A stretch of DNA of 63,171 nt, counting the filler, from Hausera hauseri (Eukaryota): assembly GCA_046269625.1 (NCBI GenBank). It is 11 parts of 11 records of this genome, joined end to end, with 100 filler letters (N's around TTAATTAATTAA, not from the genome) between each part and the next. Parts side by side here need not be neighbours in the genome. Positions count along the whole stretch, not along the records: positions 47,278 to 52,953 come from JBJURY010208522.1; positions 53,054 to 57,368 come from JBJURY010639330.1; positions 57,469 to 63,171 come from JBJURY010203303.1; 8 more parts are not named here. One strand, 5' to 3'. The position numbers and the translations under genes are program-made. Under the pieces are notes generated by a model that was given only the letters and a program-made list of their open reading frames with translations, had not been told where the DNA came from and did no database searches. Below, in pieces: positions 50,220 through 62,109 of the stretch; position 1 is the first letter of the stretch, and each line of letters starts with the position of its first letter.

Positions 50220-51830
50220 AGTTAATTAGCTTACTAACTCTGATGACGTTGAAAAACAGATGGGTGCAGTCACGGTCTATGATTGCGATAAATTCAAACT
50301 CGGACAGAAATACTTCTTAATGGACTTGAAGGCGTGCGAAGACGCCAGACCGCATAAATTAGAAAAGAGAAAAGTTATTTCCTATATCAAAAAGAATTGA
50401 TAGCATCGGACGGACTGGAATGTATGTTACGACGATCACGTAGTATTTTTCGCTGTTGATTAAAGCACGGACACTCATCGATAATCAAACCGACGACTAC
50501 CTTAATTCTAATGAACTTGGAACGACAACATTGTAAGCAACCCAGGGTAACGGGAAGATTAAAATGGGATAGCACAAAACTTGAGATTCAAGCAGGAAAG
50601 ATAATTAGAGCATATAAAGTAGTAGCTGGGAGACTAGATATGCATAACGGACATTGTAACGGAGCAGAGTACGACGCCGGAAAAGGACTAGAAGCAAACG
50701 TAGTGGTCGTACATTTCTATGAAAGTGATGTTCCACAGCGTCACCAAGCCATATACCGATAATCAAAAATGCCATTTACAAGACGGAACGCGTGCTTTCA
50801 GAAGTTCCGTTATAATATGGAAACCCCCTTCTGGAAGAAACTGTAATTTATCAAAATCAAGGAATTGAAATTTAATGAAACTACCGGCAAATGATGTGGA
50901 TAAATCCAAGGACACGTGAGGACGTAGCAGAACATTCCACACCAACTATATTAATCTCCGACCCTCGTGAGGAGACGGAAATAAACACGAAGACTTAAAT
51001 ACTGGAGATGCAAGATATTCGTATTGAAGACTAGTTGAAAAATCGAGACAATTATTTCTACTGATTTAGCATCGCCAATAATTCCTGAGAGAAGGAATTT
51101 TTGGTCGAGTAACCGGTGAGGTTTTATTGACTCATGAATGTGAGAAACGAGACGTACAAATCAACGTCGAAGAAAAAGGATGCATACAGGAACTCCCCGT
51201 TATTTACCAGAATACTCCACGGTTAGCCATGCCGCTTACTAGAGTATTATTAGATAATGCGACCGAACCAACGATCCTTAAGGAATGTATGGCAAGTTTA
51301 GGAGAACATCATGTATAGATGTAGCAAAACGGATTGGGTAAGCTTGCCAAATGGAGGTATTATTGCCGCCCCAATTAAATTAACAGGAACTAACCTCGTA
51401 AAAGGAATAACGGACGACAAATTCCAAGACACCTCATCAAAGGGTATATATACCAAAGGAAATCGAAGCATTTAGACAATTTCTTGATTTTCCGGGACAA
51501 TAAACACACGAGTTAAATCGTGCCATTGCCTTGGTAGTAGATTATACTGGATATCAAGCTAAATGGAAATCCTTCCTCGGAGCAAACCATTACCAATGGG
51601 TAAACATGGAAAGAGTCTATAAAATTTGGGGAAGGTTTTTAATTTTTGGACAAGCTGCATCAGGATTTTTAGCGATATATTTCTTAATCCAACTAATTAA
51701 GGCAGTTACCCAAGCAGTAATAAATGGATATGAAATATATACGTTGACTGGATTTTTGTGTAAAATCTTGACTGCAATCATCACACCCTTAGGAAAGTTT
51801 TAAAGGCATATGAAGAAAACAGATGGAAAT
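50220..51830 (+). pseudogene. Chuvirus-like class III fusion glycoprotein (env), frameshifted
   Basis: Hydrophobic LISLLTLMTL, then VYDC..LMDLKAC, EC..R..FRC..HS, HCK, VAGRLD..GHCNGAEYD..NVVV, GEVL..EC..CIQELPVIY.N..MPLTRVL, TM WGRFLIFGQAASGFLAIYFLIQLIK..INGY. This is the Cys and motif pattern of chuvirus G and related retroelement env as remembered. Confidence 0.8.
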
Positions 51831-52953
51831 CGGACGTAGAACGTCATGTTGGCTACCACAATTGCAAACGGAAAGGGAAATCTACGTTTTTGTACATGCA
51901 GAAGTTCTCTAAGCCTAAAACACAAAGAAATAATTCGGATGATGACGAGCCTAAGAAGGAGAAGACTCCTTTAAAACAGATATACATAAGACATACTCCA
52001 TCGTTAAGGCATTATTGCCCATGTTACCCACTTCCGCTCTAGTCTATGAAGACTGCGACAAGCGATCAATGAGTTCATACTAGACAGAAATATATAAGAG
52101 AACAATTAATTTGGAAGACGCTTACAAAGGAACAAAACTATATGGAATTCTACGAAAAATGTGCTATCGTCAGTCTATGGATGATCCTAGAATTCTGTAC
52201 TCTCCAAGAGAACCTCGAAATATAGAAACTATACCAACTGTCTGGGGAAATCCAATACTACAGATCTTCCGGAATATAGAACCGCATACTAACAACCGAG
52301 AGCCATAAATTAGTACTTATGAAACGGAAGAATTGAACATCGAAAAGAATGAATTATATCGAAATGGGGAACTAAAACAACTAACAGAAAATATCGTATA
52401 CTCCCAGAAATCTGGATAAACGGTCACAAGATATCGGCAGCGAAACGCCCAAAAGTTGTATCAAATTGTTTCGGAACGATAATCGAAGGACGAGCTTTCG
52501 TTAAAATCATTATTGAAGACTGGGAAGTTAATACCTTAATTGATACAGGCTCCGAGATATCTTACATCAAAAACGACTCAATTCCTCAAACGTTAAGGGG
52601 ACAGTTATATCTACCGTCTACGAACGATCCCGGAAGCACAGGAACTTTTGGCCAAATGTCGAAATCGATGTTTAAATGGAACCCAGAAATTCAAATAGTT
52701 GCACCGTTTTTCCGTCACGAATTTGAAGTTATGGAACAATTAGCTGACGATGTAGTTTTAGGCTGTAATTTACTGAAAAGTTTACCAAATGTAACAATCA
52801 ATTAGCAAACAGGAAAACTAATAGAGATTAGGCCAAATAAAGGCGTAAAAATCGCTAAAGATAGGAAATTTGGAGAAGTATGGATCCAAGTAGACGAAAA
52901 CATTCCACCAAGAACAGAGGTGGTAATATACATCAAAATCCAACAAGATAATG
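51830..52953 (+). mobile_element. Linker and retropepsin protease of a Ty3/gypsy pol, homologous to 14200-15457
   Basis: NNSDDDEPK, YEDCDK, ILYSPR..NIET..TVWG, LKQLTENI, IEDWEV..LIDTGSE, DPGS.G.FGQ, DENIPPRTE are all shared with contig 3. Confidence 0.92.
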
Positions 52954-53053
52954 NNNNNNNNNNNNNNNNNNNNNNNNNNNNNNNNNNNNNNNNNNNNTTA
53001 ATTAATTAANNNNNNNNNNNNNNNNNNNNNNNNNNNNNNNNNNNNNNNNNNNN

Positions 53054-56000
53054 ATACACATACCGCAAATTACAATACATACTTCAATGTTACACACCAC
53101 CGACATGTCTGACTTTGCTTTGTTTTTCAATGACTTCATCATCCGTCCACATGATCATCTATATAGCTTTCTTTTGCATCCCTCTTCATTCATTTGTATT
53201 ACGCTTTAGCCTAAACTTCATGGTGGCTCTGTCCCCAACTCTGACGAGATTAAGAAGTGGCCTAACATAACATTCGTGTCGCCAATTCCTTTCTCTTTTT
53301 CACACCCACAGTGCGTTGACTTCTTCCTTGATAGTCGGTATTCCAGTAGAACATGTCTAGACTTCTACGAAAAGTGGCTAACCCCACATAAAATCACGAT
53401 TCCTTTCAAAAACTCAACAGTTTGCTGATTCATCTGCCTTCCAACATAAAATTCTTCATTACTAACTATCTGATATTTTCAATCACTGCGACCCCTACAA
53501 ACTCTATTGGACGCCGTAACTACATGAACTGAGCCTTCGCTAGACTCCATAATTCAAAAATACTTCAACGAAAATGCTCTTGGATAACAAAAACCTTCAG
53601 AATTCTTTCGAACATCACTTTCACAACTAAATTCATTAGGCGTAAACCAATAAAATAACGCGGATCTTCTTTGACGTTATTTCTTATCATCCTTGCCAAT
53701 CCAAATCCAAGCACTCCTCACTGTAGTGGAGGATTTTACGTCGTCCGACAAACTGGCGCAACTTTCGGACAAAAGTTACGAAATTTTTCATACCAATAAT
53801 GTACATACAACGATTTCAGCTTTACAAGCAACGCAATCACCAACAATAATTGCACATCAATAGTCAACAAACTCATCAAACAACGCAAACAACATAGCTA
53901 ATGAAATTCAAAGCCTTCAAGCCGAAAATTCGGCATTACAACAGGCTATTTCGGCTATATCTAGCAGACTCGACGCTTTGTCCTTTCCGCGACGTGAACG
54001 ATTTAGCGCTAATCGAAGCATACAATCGTCTGTAAACTCCAGGCGTGCCAAGTCACCTTCTCGACGGATGGTGTGCTATTATTACACCAAATTCAATCGA
54101 AATGCCAAAAAATGCTGTATAAGCTGTAAATTTTATGCGCAGAATTGCCAATCACGCGATGTTGTCTGCATCTATCACAGTAAGTTCAAAGACAATGCAA
54201 AACGCTGCTTATCTGAGTGTACGTTTTACACCCGGAACACACCAACTTCTTCATCTACTCAAAAAACGCCTAAATCCGCCAGAAACCACGGAAAATTCTG
54301 GCAAAGGCCATTTTTCATCACTTAACAGCCGTACTAATACTGTTTTCCGATTGGGCACTGCACTCACATCTTCTGCAAACCATACTAAATTCTTGATTGA
54401 TTAGGGTGAAGCCGTCTCGTTAGTACCTTCATCTTTCCTTTCTTTAAAAATTCTTCCTACCTTTGCTAGGCTATTTACAGCCAGTGGGCAAGCCTTACGC
54501 ATTTTTGGTACTGCAGAATTCTCCTTCACCTTAGCACATTTCTCTGAAAATTTTCAATGGAAGTTTATTTTTGCTGATGTCCTAGGTTCTGATTTTCTAT
54601 CGCACTACAATTTCCTTGTCGACTGCAGACAGCATCGTGTGAGCAAAAATATAATTAATCACAAAATCGCAAAATAATGCACCACTTTTCGCGCAGTTGA
54701 CTATAACGCCAGAGTCTATACTAAAGAAGTGTTTTGTTAAACTAAACAAATTGAATGTTGATAATTCCGACTGTGACGTTTCCATTCATACAGTAACAAC
54801 AAAAACAATTGCCAACACAGACACAACCTCTCACCTCACCTCCCAGTTAATGCAACTGGATACAGCTCTTCGTGACTACATCACAACTTCTCGTCCTAGA
54901 GCATTGAAAAATGACCAAAATTTCAAGCCTCATTTTTCGACGTACCATGACATCGTCACTGAACGCCAAAGACCAATTAAACAGAAGGTTAGGCCACTTT
55001 CTCCACGCAGATGCAAAGCTGTTGAATCGGAGTTCAAGGAATTAAAAAAGGCAGGAATTATAAAAAGATCAAAGTCACCTCGGGCCTTACCTCTACACGT
55101 AGTGCCCAAGAAGGACGGTACTTTCAGGCCCTGTGGCGATTATGGCCAAATGAACACCATCACGGTAATGGATGCTTATCCATTATCGATCATCAATGAT
55201 ATCCTTCACAGACTCAATGGCAATACCATATTTTTATCCATCAATCTTCATAAAGCCTACCATCAGATTCCTGTCTCACTTGCTGACATACAGAAAACAG
55301 CTGTGACAACACCTTTCCGCCTTTTGAGTACGTCTTCATGCCCTGTGGCCTGTGACTGCCTCTCAAACATTTCAAAGGCGCATGGACACAATTCTTGCTA
55401 GTCCAAACTTTGCATTTCCTTACACAGATGACATTCTCATAGCTTCGTCATCTCCTAAACAACATTCTGAGCACTTATGCATAGATTTTCAACGCCTTCA
55501 CCAAAATAATTTAGAAGTAAATTTCGCCAAATTTTCTTTTTTCCAACACGAGATCCATTTCCTTTGTCATGTTATCACCAAATATGGCCACTCTCCTCAA
55601 AAAGACCTCATAACTGAGCTTAAGAACATCCAGTTTTCACGAACAACAATTGAAATGCGCTTTTTTTCTTGGCACACTCCAATTTGTTCACAAATATGTG
55701 GCACATTACTCTGAATTAACCTCACCATTTGCATTTTTATCGTCTGAAAAGAAAAAACAATTATTCACTGGACTCCTGAACGTATCAACCAGTTTAAATG
55801 TTTAAAAACTATCGAAATTCTAGCTTACCCCAAGCCTGACGCAGAGCTTATATTAACCACAGATGCATGTACCACAGTAGTCGGTGCAATACTGCATCAA
55901 ATTTATAATGGCGTCAACGAGCTTCTGGAATTTTATTCTCGGAAGCTTACATCACCAGAAAGTCTTTATTCAACTTTCGACAGAGAGCTCCTAGCTATAG

Positions 56001-57368
56001 TATTATCTCTAAAACATTACTCGTATTTGTTAATTGCCAGGTCTTTTACGATCCAAACTGATCACAAGCCTCTTATTCGCATTATGGATATGAAAACTCC
56101 GTCACCTCGACAAGAACGTCATATGTCATACTTGTCGACATTCAATTTTAAAATGGTACATATTTCAAGCACTTTGCTTGCCGATTTTTTGTCGAGATTA
56201 GTTAACAACATTGGATTCACTCCCATTTTCTCAAAAGCCGTGCTTCAGCAAAACGTACCAGCACAGGAAATTCTTAAGTCTTTTAAATGGCACCGAATTA
56301 TCGACGGAATAGCCTATGACACTTCTAAACCCGGTAATCACAAACCAATTTTGTCTTCATCTTTGCAGAAAACCGCATTTCATAACGTACATTCTCTTCA
56401 TCATCCGGGTGCCAAAGCAACTTTTCGTCTTCGGCAACGTAGCTTTATATGGCCATCAATGAGATCAGACATATAGGCGTGGGTTAAGGAATGCGTGGCA
56501 TGCCGAAAATTCAAAACTCACAAGCATCTGAAGCCACCATTATATCACGTCCCCTTTACGTTGCGTTTTGAATCCGTTCATATAGACCTAGTCGGCCCTT
56601 TTCATCCAGACAACGGTCATCAATTCATACTCACCATGACGGACTGTTCTTCTCGATGGCCAGAAGCCATTCCATTACGTTCCACCAAGACAGACACTAT
56701 CGCTGAGGTTTTCATCAAAACGTGGATCAGCAGATTTGGCTCCCACCGCTTCATAATCACCAACCAAGGTCCACAATTCGAGTCAAATCTCTTTAAATCC
56801 TTAGTCAATCGCTTGGGGATTAAACATATACACTCTTCTCCATACCATTCCCAAGCAAACGGTTTACTAGAAAGACTTCACCGCACAATGAAGACCTCAC
56901 TTAAAATCCTTACTGAATCACACAGAAACTGGACAACTCTCCCACCTCTTGTACTACTTAGCTGGCGCAACACACGCTCCACCACCACGGGTTGTGCACC
57001 AGCTGAAGCACTATTTGGAACACCGATTCGAGCACTTTATGAGTTAACTGATCTGGAGGATACACCAACAGACGAGCTGATTCGGAATGCGCAAAATCAC
57101 TTTGTTACACTAAACAAAGACTCATTTTGCAAAACAGTAAATTATAACAAATCAAATATACCAAATAATTTGAATGCCGCAAAGTTTGTCTGGCTTTACA
57201 ATCCTTTACCTTGTGGTTTCCAACCACAATAAGTGGGACCATTCAAACTTTTATCTTTATCCTCTCATACAGCTACCATTCTTAAAAGTGGTTAAGAACA
57301 AGCTATGCACATGAAAAATTTAAAACCAGCCTTCTTCGTTGATGATTCTCCCGAAGACACACAAACCA
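53054..57368 (+). mobile_element. CsRn1-clade Ty3/gypsy gag-pol, decayed
   Basis: Two CHCC-type Gag motifs; FLID*G protease; PLHVVPKKDGTFRPCGDY; YTDD; TTDAC..DRELLA..QTDHKPL; HSLHHPG; VHIDLVGP, RWPEAIP, QANGLLERLH; GPF. CHCC Gag and tRNA-Trp priming are established CsRn1-clade features. Confidence 0.9.
54261..54302 (+). promoter_or_regulatory. Putative -1 ribosomal frameshift signal at the gag/pol junction
   Basis: A AAA AAC followed by GCC TAA; hairpin GCCAGAA-N11-TTCTGGC 10 nt downstream; the -1 frame is the protease frame. Confidence 0.65.
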
Positions 57369-57468
57369 NNNNNNNNNNNNNNNNNNNNNNNNNNNNNNNN
57401 NNNNNNNNNNNNTTAATTAATTAANNNNNNNNNNNNNNNNNNNNNNNNNNNNNNNNNNNNNNNNNNNN

Positions 57469-58090
57469 GTTACCTGTTGATAGTAGAGATTTCTGATCAG
57501 CAGTGGAGGACAGAACTAATTTCAATGATGATATGAAGGGTGAATTACATGTCAATTGATTCATAAAAGATGTTACGGACGCATTTGTGGAAAAATGCAA
57601 TTGAGTGGTGGATACTGAATTAAGATCGGAAAATAATTCTGAAGAATCGGAGCAATTGGAACAATTTTGAATTAAACCATTAAAAATGATGTGTTTTGTT
57701 TCTAAGTTCGGATTCGGAACATGACAAGGAATACAAGTTTGACCAGTCTCTGATTTGTGTTCAATAAATATTATGCCATTCGTTGCACTTAGCAGAAAAT
57801 TTTGGGCTTCGACATATGGGTTAGTTGCCTTGAAGATGTCGGTGACCCCACTGAGTTTCTCTGGGAATTGTTTAGGGAAAAGTGAGAAGAATGATAATAG
57901 TTTATCTGTCTGATTGAGAAGAAGCTTATCTGTCCATCTCAAATGTGTTAGCATCCAAATTAGTGCACTGCTGTAGTGCCCGCAGCGGCTGGTGCCCTTT
58001 GGCCCATTTGGTTGGACAGAGCCGGACCTCCATTGCCGCCGCGTTGGGTTCATACGTGGATCCCGATTTTCCGTCTCGAAAATTTCTCAT
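57469..58090 (-). mobile_element. Type B leader hairpin followed by a divergent gag-like ORF
   Basis: Hairpin 57975-58050 is homologous to 10130-10207. FSLFPKQFPEKLSGVTDIFKATNPY resembles LFLLPNNIKTRIHNIIEIFELPDPY (5184-5387 Gag). Confidence 0.5.
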
Positions 58091-58750
58091 TGTCGCTCAA
58101 ACAGACCTCAGATACAGAGATGATGCCCGACTCCAGACGTTTTTCATGCACATCCGTGTTAGTTTCCGCAGTCCATCGGCGTACCAATGCACGTTCGCTT
58201 CTCTCCTCAATCTTTACCAATCATGCTTCATCGTTCGTTCCAACGGCAGATTCAGCTCAATTTCATCGTCAATGTCGGCAAAGTTGAACGATGTAAACTT
58301 GATTACGTTGTCCAGCGAAGATTCCATTTAACCTTCGGAAAAACTTCTTTTGGACGAATATTTAAAGAAGTTCCATGAAATTTTCGAAGGTGAAGATTAT
58401 ACTCTCGAAACTCCAGCATACCATCATCAGTGTGTTTTATATTTAACACCACTTGCATTGGCCATTTATATAAAACAAAAAAGCGGCTTTGGAAATGATT
58501 TGGTTTTGGTAATACAATATTTTCTTTTAGATATCTTTTTGTGTAAAGACTCAACATACTAAAAACAGAACATATTTATGAATCACAATCCTTAAAAATG
58601 CTCAGAGAAAATGAAACCCGATGAATCACTGACGAATCCATTTGTTCATTTTCTGTTCCCGTTAGTACTAAAAATATTCATTGTTTACAAAGGCTCAATT
58701 GCATCATCACAGCCCACAACAAAATGTCTAAATTTATGTAATCGAGATGC

Positions 58751-59607
58751 TTGTCTTATGGTTCATCAGACGCTGGTTCAATTCCTGCCAACTCTAAACT
58801 GAAATTTGAAATAGAATTATTTGAATGGACCGGCAAAGACATCAGTCCAAACAAAAATAAAGGTGTCATTCAAAAAGTTATCACGGCTGGTTCCGGATAT
58901 AAATCACCGAAAGATTGTGCTTTGGTCAAATTGTCGTTAAAAGGAATTTACAACAGCGTCATTTTTGATGATCGTAATATTGATTTTGAGGTTTGTGATG
59001 CTGGCAGCCACAAATTGGTGGAGGGAATTGAAGTTGCTATAAAAGGGATGAAGAACGGTGAAAAGTCACTATTTACATTTGCACCATTGTATGCATTTGG
59101 TTCGTCTGGATCTGAAGAGTTTAACATTCCAGCCGATGCAACTGTTGAATATGAAATAACTTTGAATGATTTTGAAAAGGTCAAAGAATTATATTCCCTT
59201 GAAAACGATGTGAAAAAGATTGCAACATGCCGAGAAATTTAAATCAAAAGCATCATAGAAACTGCAGGTCGGTTTCATTGAGTACGCAATCAAATTGTAC
59301 AATAAAGCCGTCGGATATGTTGAGCATGAATCGGATTTCAATGAAGATAAAATCCAGTTGACAGACTATGTTATTGAGCTTGCGGTTAAATCTGGCATTG
59401 TGCTATTTGAAAAAGGATAACGATAAAGACGCATTAGAGGTAAATGGTAACAATCGTCAAGCAGAACAACAAGTACAGATATGTGACAATAAAATGAAGA
59501 AAACCCTTAAAGTTGAGAAGCAGCTATACAAATCTGTTTTCAAAAATGGGAATTAACAAACAATCCGGTGATGCTGGTAATGCGAAACCAGAAGAGAGCG
59601 TTACTTA
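58751..59607 (+). pseudogene. FKBP4: FKBP4/FKBP5-like immunophilin fragment (end of FK1, FK2, partial TPR)
   Basis: YGS..IPANSKLKFEIELFEW.G.DIS..G..GY.SP, GIEVAIKGMKNGEKS..YAFG..G...FNIP..ATVEYEITL..FEK, LNLALCYLK; 5' truncated, with a frameshift and a TPR deletion. Confidence 0.85.
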
Positions 59608-60229
59608 ATTTTGTTGTGCAAATAGTATTATAAATTTGTTTTGTTTTAAAAATACACAATTTTTTTCCAACATTTTGAATTTTAAATCTTGAAATTGTTG
59701 TATCCATTTTGGAATTTTTTATTCGTGATATGCTTTACTCTGGACCAATGGATATTGTGAAATTCTTAACAAATATCAGAAGTTTAAAAGTTGATGTAAG
59801 TTTTCAAACTTTAACATTGAAATTCCAAAATATAGACAGGCTTTTTTGTGATCATATTGGTGTCAATTTTCGAATTATTGTTTATCTTTTTATTGAATAC
59901 AACTTTGAGACTGAAGGTTACCAAAGTCTTAATGATGCGTTTTCTTGCCTACCGTGGCCACCACAGGAAAATATTAGACAAGGTCGATGATTTCCCTTGC
60001 ATGACCGAACCCCGGCAACTGACCGTTCTCACTCACTGTCGATTAAAGGTTTCCAAGGAAGGGATTAATAATTGGTGTCAGAAGGAGGTAATATTTCTTT
60101 CCATTGTAAATATACGGCCTTTACAAAACTATTGTTTTTTAATTGCAAGTTTTGCGTAATTTACTTAATTTAATGAACAAGCTTGTCAAGTATAAGAAAG
60201 ATCATAAAAAGGATTCGATAATGGATAAT

Positions 60230-62050
60230 TACGATAAACAAACCGAATTGAATGAGGACAAACGATAGATGATTTGAAGAAAATCGTTAATGAATCAGTT
60301 GAATCAGGCTATGATGAGTCAATGATTAAACAAATTGTTGCTAAATCCGCTGAAACTGTCGGATCTTTGAGTGATTCTAAGGTTGTGATAAAATTCAATC
60401 CGGACGCATATCAAATTGGCATTACCGTACCGGATAATGAAGTTACCTATTTCTCTACAGACTATTTCCTATCATCCCGATATTTGTTGTTTGCAGAGGA
60501 TCAATTTGGATCGCGATAGGAAATTACTGAAAGAAGCCAGTGAATTTCTGGTTAAAATCCAAATTCCACAGTTGATCAAAGACTGTTTGGATAAACTCAT
60601 CACACCGCAGGACGGTCTTAGTTCAGTGGATGCCATGCATCAGAAGGATATTAACGTACGCTACCTAAACAGACCCATTGAAACTATCCCGAATACTGTC
60701 AGTCTCAACTGGCTTAAGATTTTGGCAGTCACAGAAACGTTAGTCAGAACAACTCAGCATTTATTCGAATGTTATCTCCAACTCGTCGATCCAATGAACA
60801 TGTCTGCGTCAATTGCTTATTTTTTGAATTGCTTCCTTTCATCTTATTCAACCCCGGTTCCGTGTACAAGTTCCGAGGAAGTAACGAAACTGATAAAAGC
60901 AATAAAAAGAACAGACGGAACAAAGTCAAATCATCGAAGGATGGAAAGTTTGAGTCATGGTTAACGGAAACTCCAAGTTCGTTGTGGCAAAAAATTAAAG
61001 AAGCTGGCAAATATTATCATTTTGATATTCAACACTTAGATATCGGTGAATTCTGTCAAACATACAATGTGTCGAGAATCACTATTTTGAGAAATTTCTG
61101 TTTGGCAGCCGGAATTCAATTGTTACTTCGTGATTGTGTTTGATCAGAAAAACAAACAAACGTTCAACGATGAAGATGTGATAAATCTGTTTCCTATTGT
61201 CAAGCATTTGAATCCCCAAGCATCCGACGCTTACAAACTGTTCACTTCTGGACAGGCTTACATTTCCCACGGGAAATTTCCCGAAGGCCGTGAATTCATT
61301 AACGAATCCTTTAATTTGCTTAATCAAGTTTATGGACCACTCCATCCAGACATTGCATTGTGTAACAGACTGCTAGATCATTTGAGTTAAGTGATGGGCG
61401 AACATAAGGCAGCGATCATGTACCAATATCGGGCAACAATGATCAGTGAACGAGTTCACGGTGTTGATTCAAGCAACATAATATCAGAATACTGTCATTT
61501 GGGATTGTATTCATTTGCTTGTGGACAATTTGCTATGTCCCTCAGTAGTATGTATCGTGCACGTTATGTAGCTATAATCTGTCATGGAGATATACATCCT
61601 GAAATGCTAAATATTGATACGAATATTGGTACAATGCTCGTGGGTGTTCAGAATTATTACAAAGCCATTTCGTTTCTGGAAAGTGCGTTAGAGACTAGCA
61701 AAATATTTTACGGTGCCAAAAGTATGAAAGAGCAAGTGCATATCACCTTATTGCCAGGGTTAACAGTTACATTGGAGATTCCCGGGCTGCTATACAGGCA
61801 GAGAAAGAATGTTTCAATATTTATAAGGAAAAATTGGGTAAAGATAATGAACGTACAAAAGAATCGAAAAGTAGATTGAGTTTTAGGACGTCGCAGGCCG
61901 TTAATGTGGCCAAAATAATGAACGAATTATCTCATTCTGAACAAAATAATATCAATTCAATGGCCGATATCGAATCTATAGTAAAAGCCAAAACAATGAC
62001 TGGAATTTTACTACAAATTTATTTGCAACATCAACATCCTAACATGATTG
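60230..62050 (+). pseudogene. CLUH: Clustered mitochondria protein (clueless), C-terminal half, intronless, frameshifted
   Basis: FNPD; LLKEASEFL..QIP.LIKDC..P.DG..INVRYL; AYFLNCFL; FNDEDVINLFPIVKHLNPQASDA; NQVYGPLHP; TKES..QAV..MNE. Confidence 0.9.
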
Positions 62051-62109
62051 GATTACTTGAGATGTCTTTAGCAAAATCTGCCCAATTAGAACTTGACGAT
62101 AATCCTGTT

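Noticed and set aside
57838-57852. CGGTGACCCC as a + strand tRNA-Trp PBS
   Set aside because: Only a 9-nt match, lying antisense within the gag-like ORF with no + strand gag downstream.
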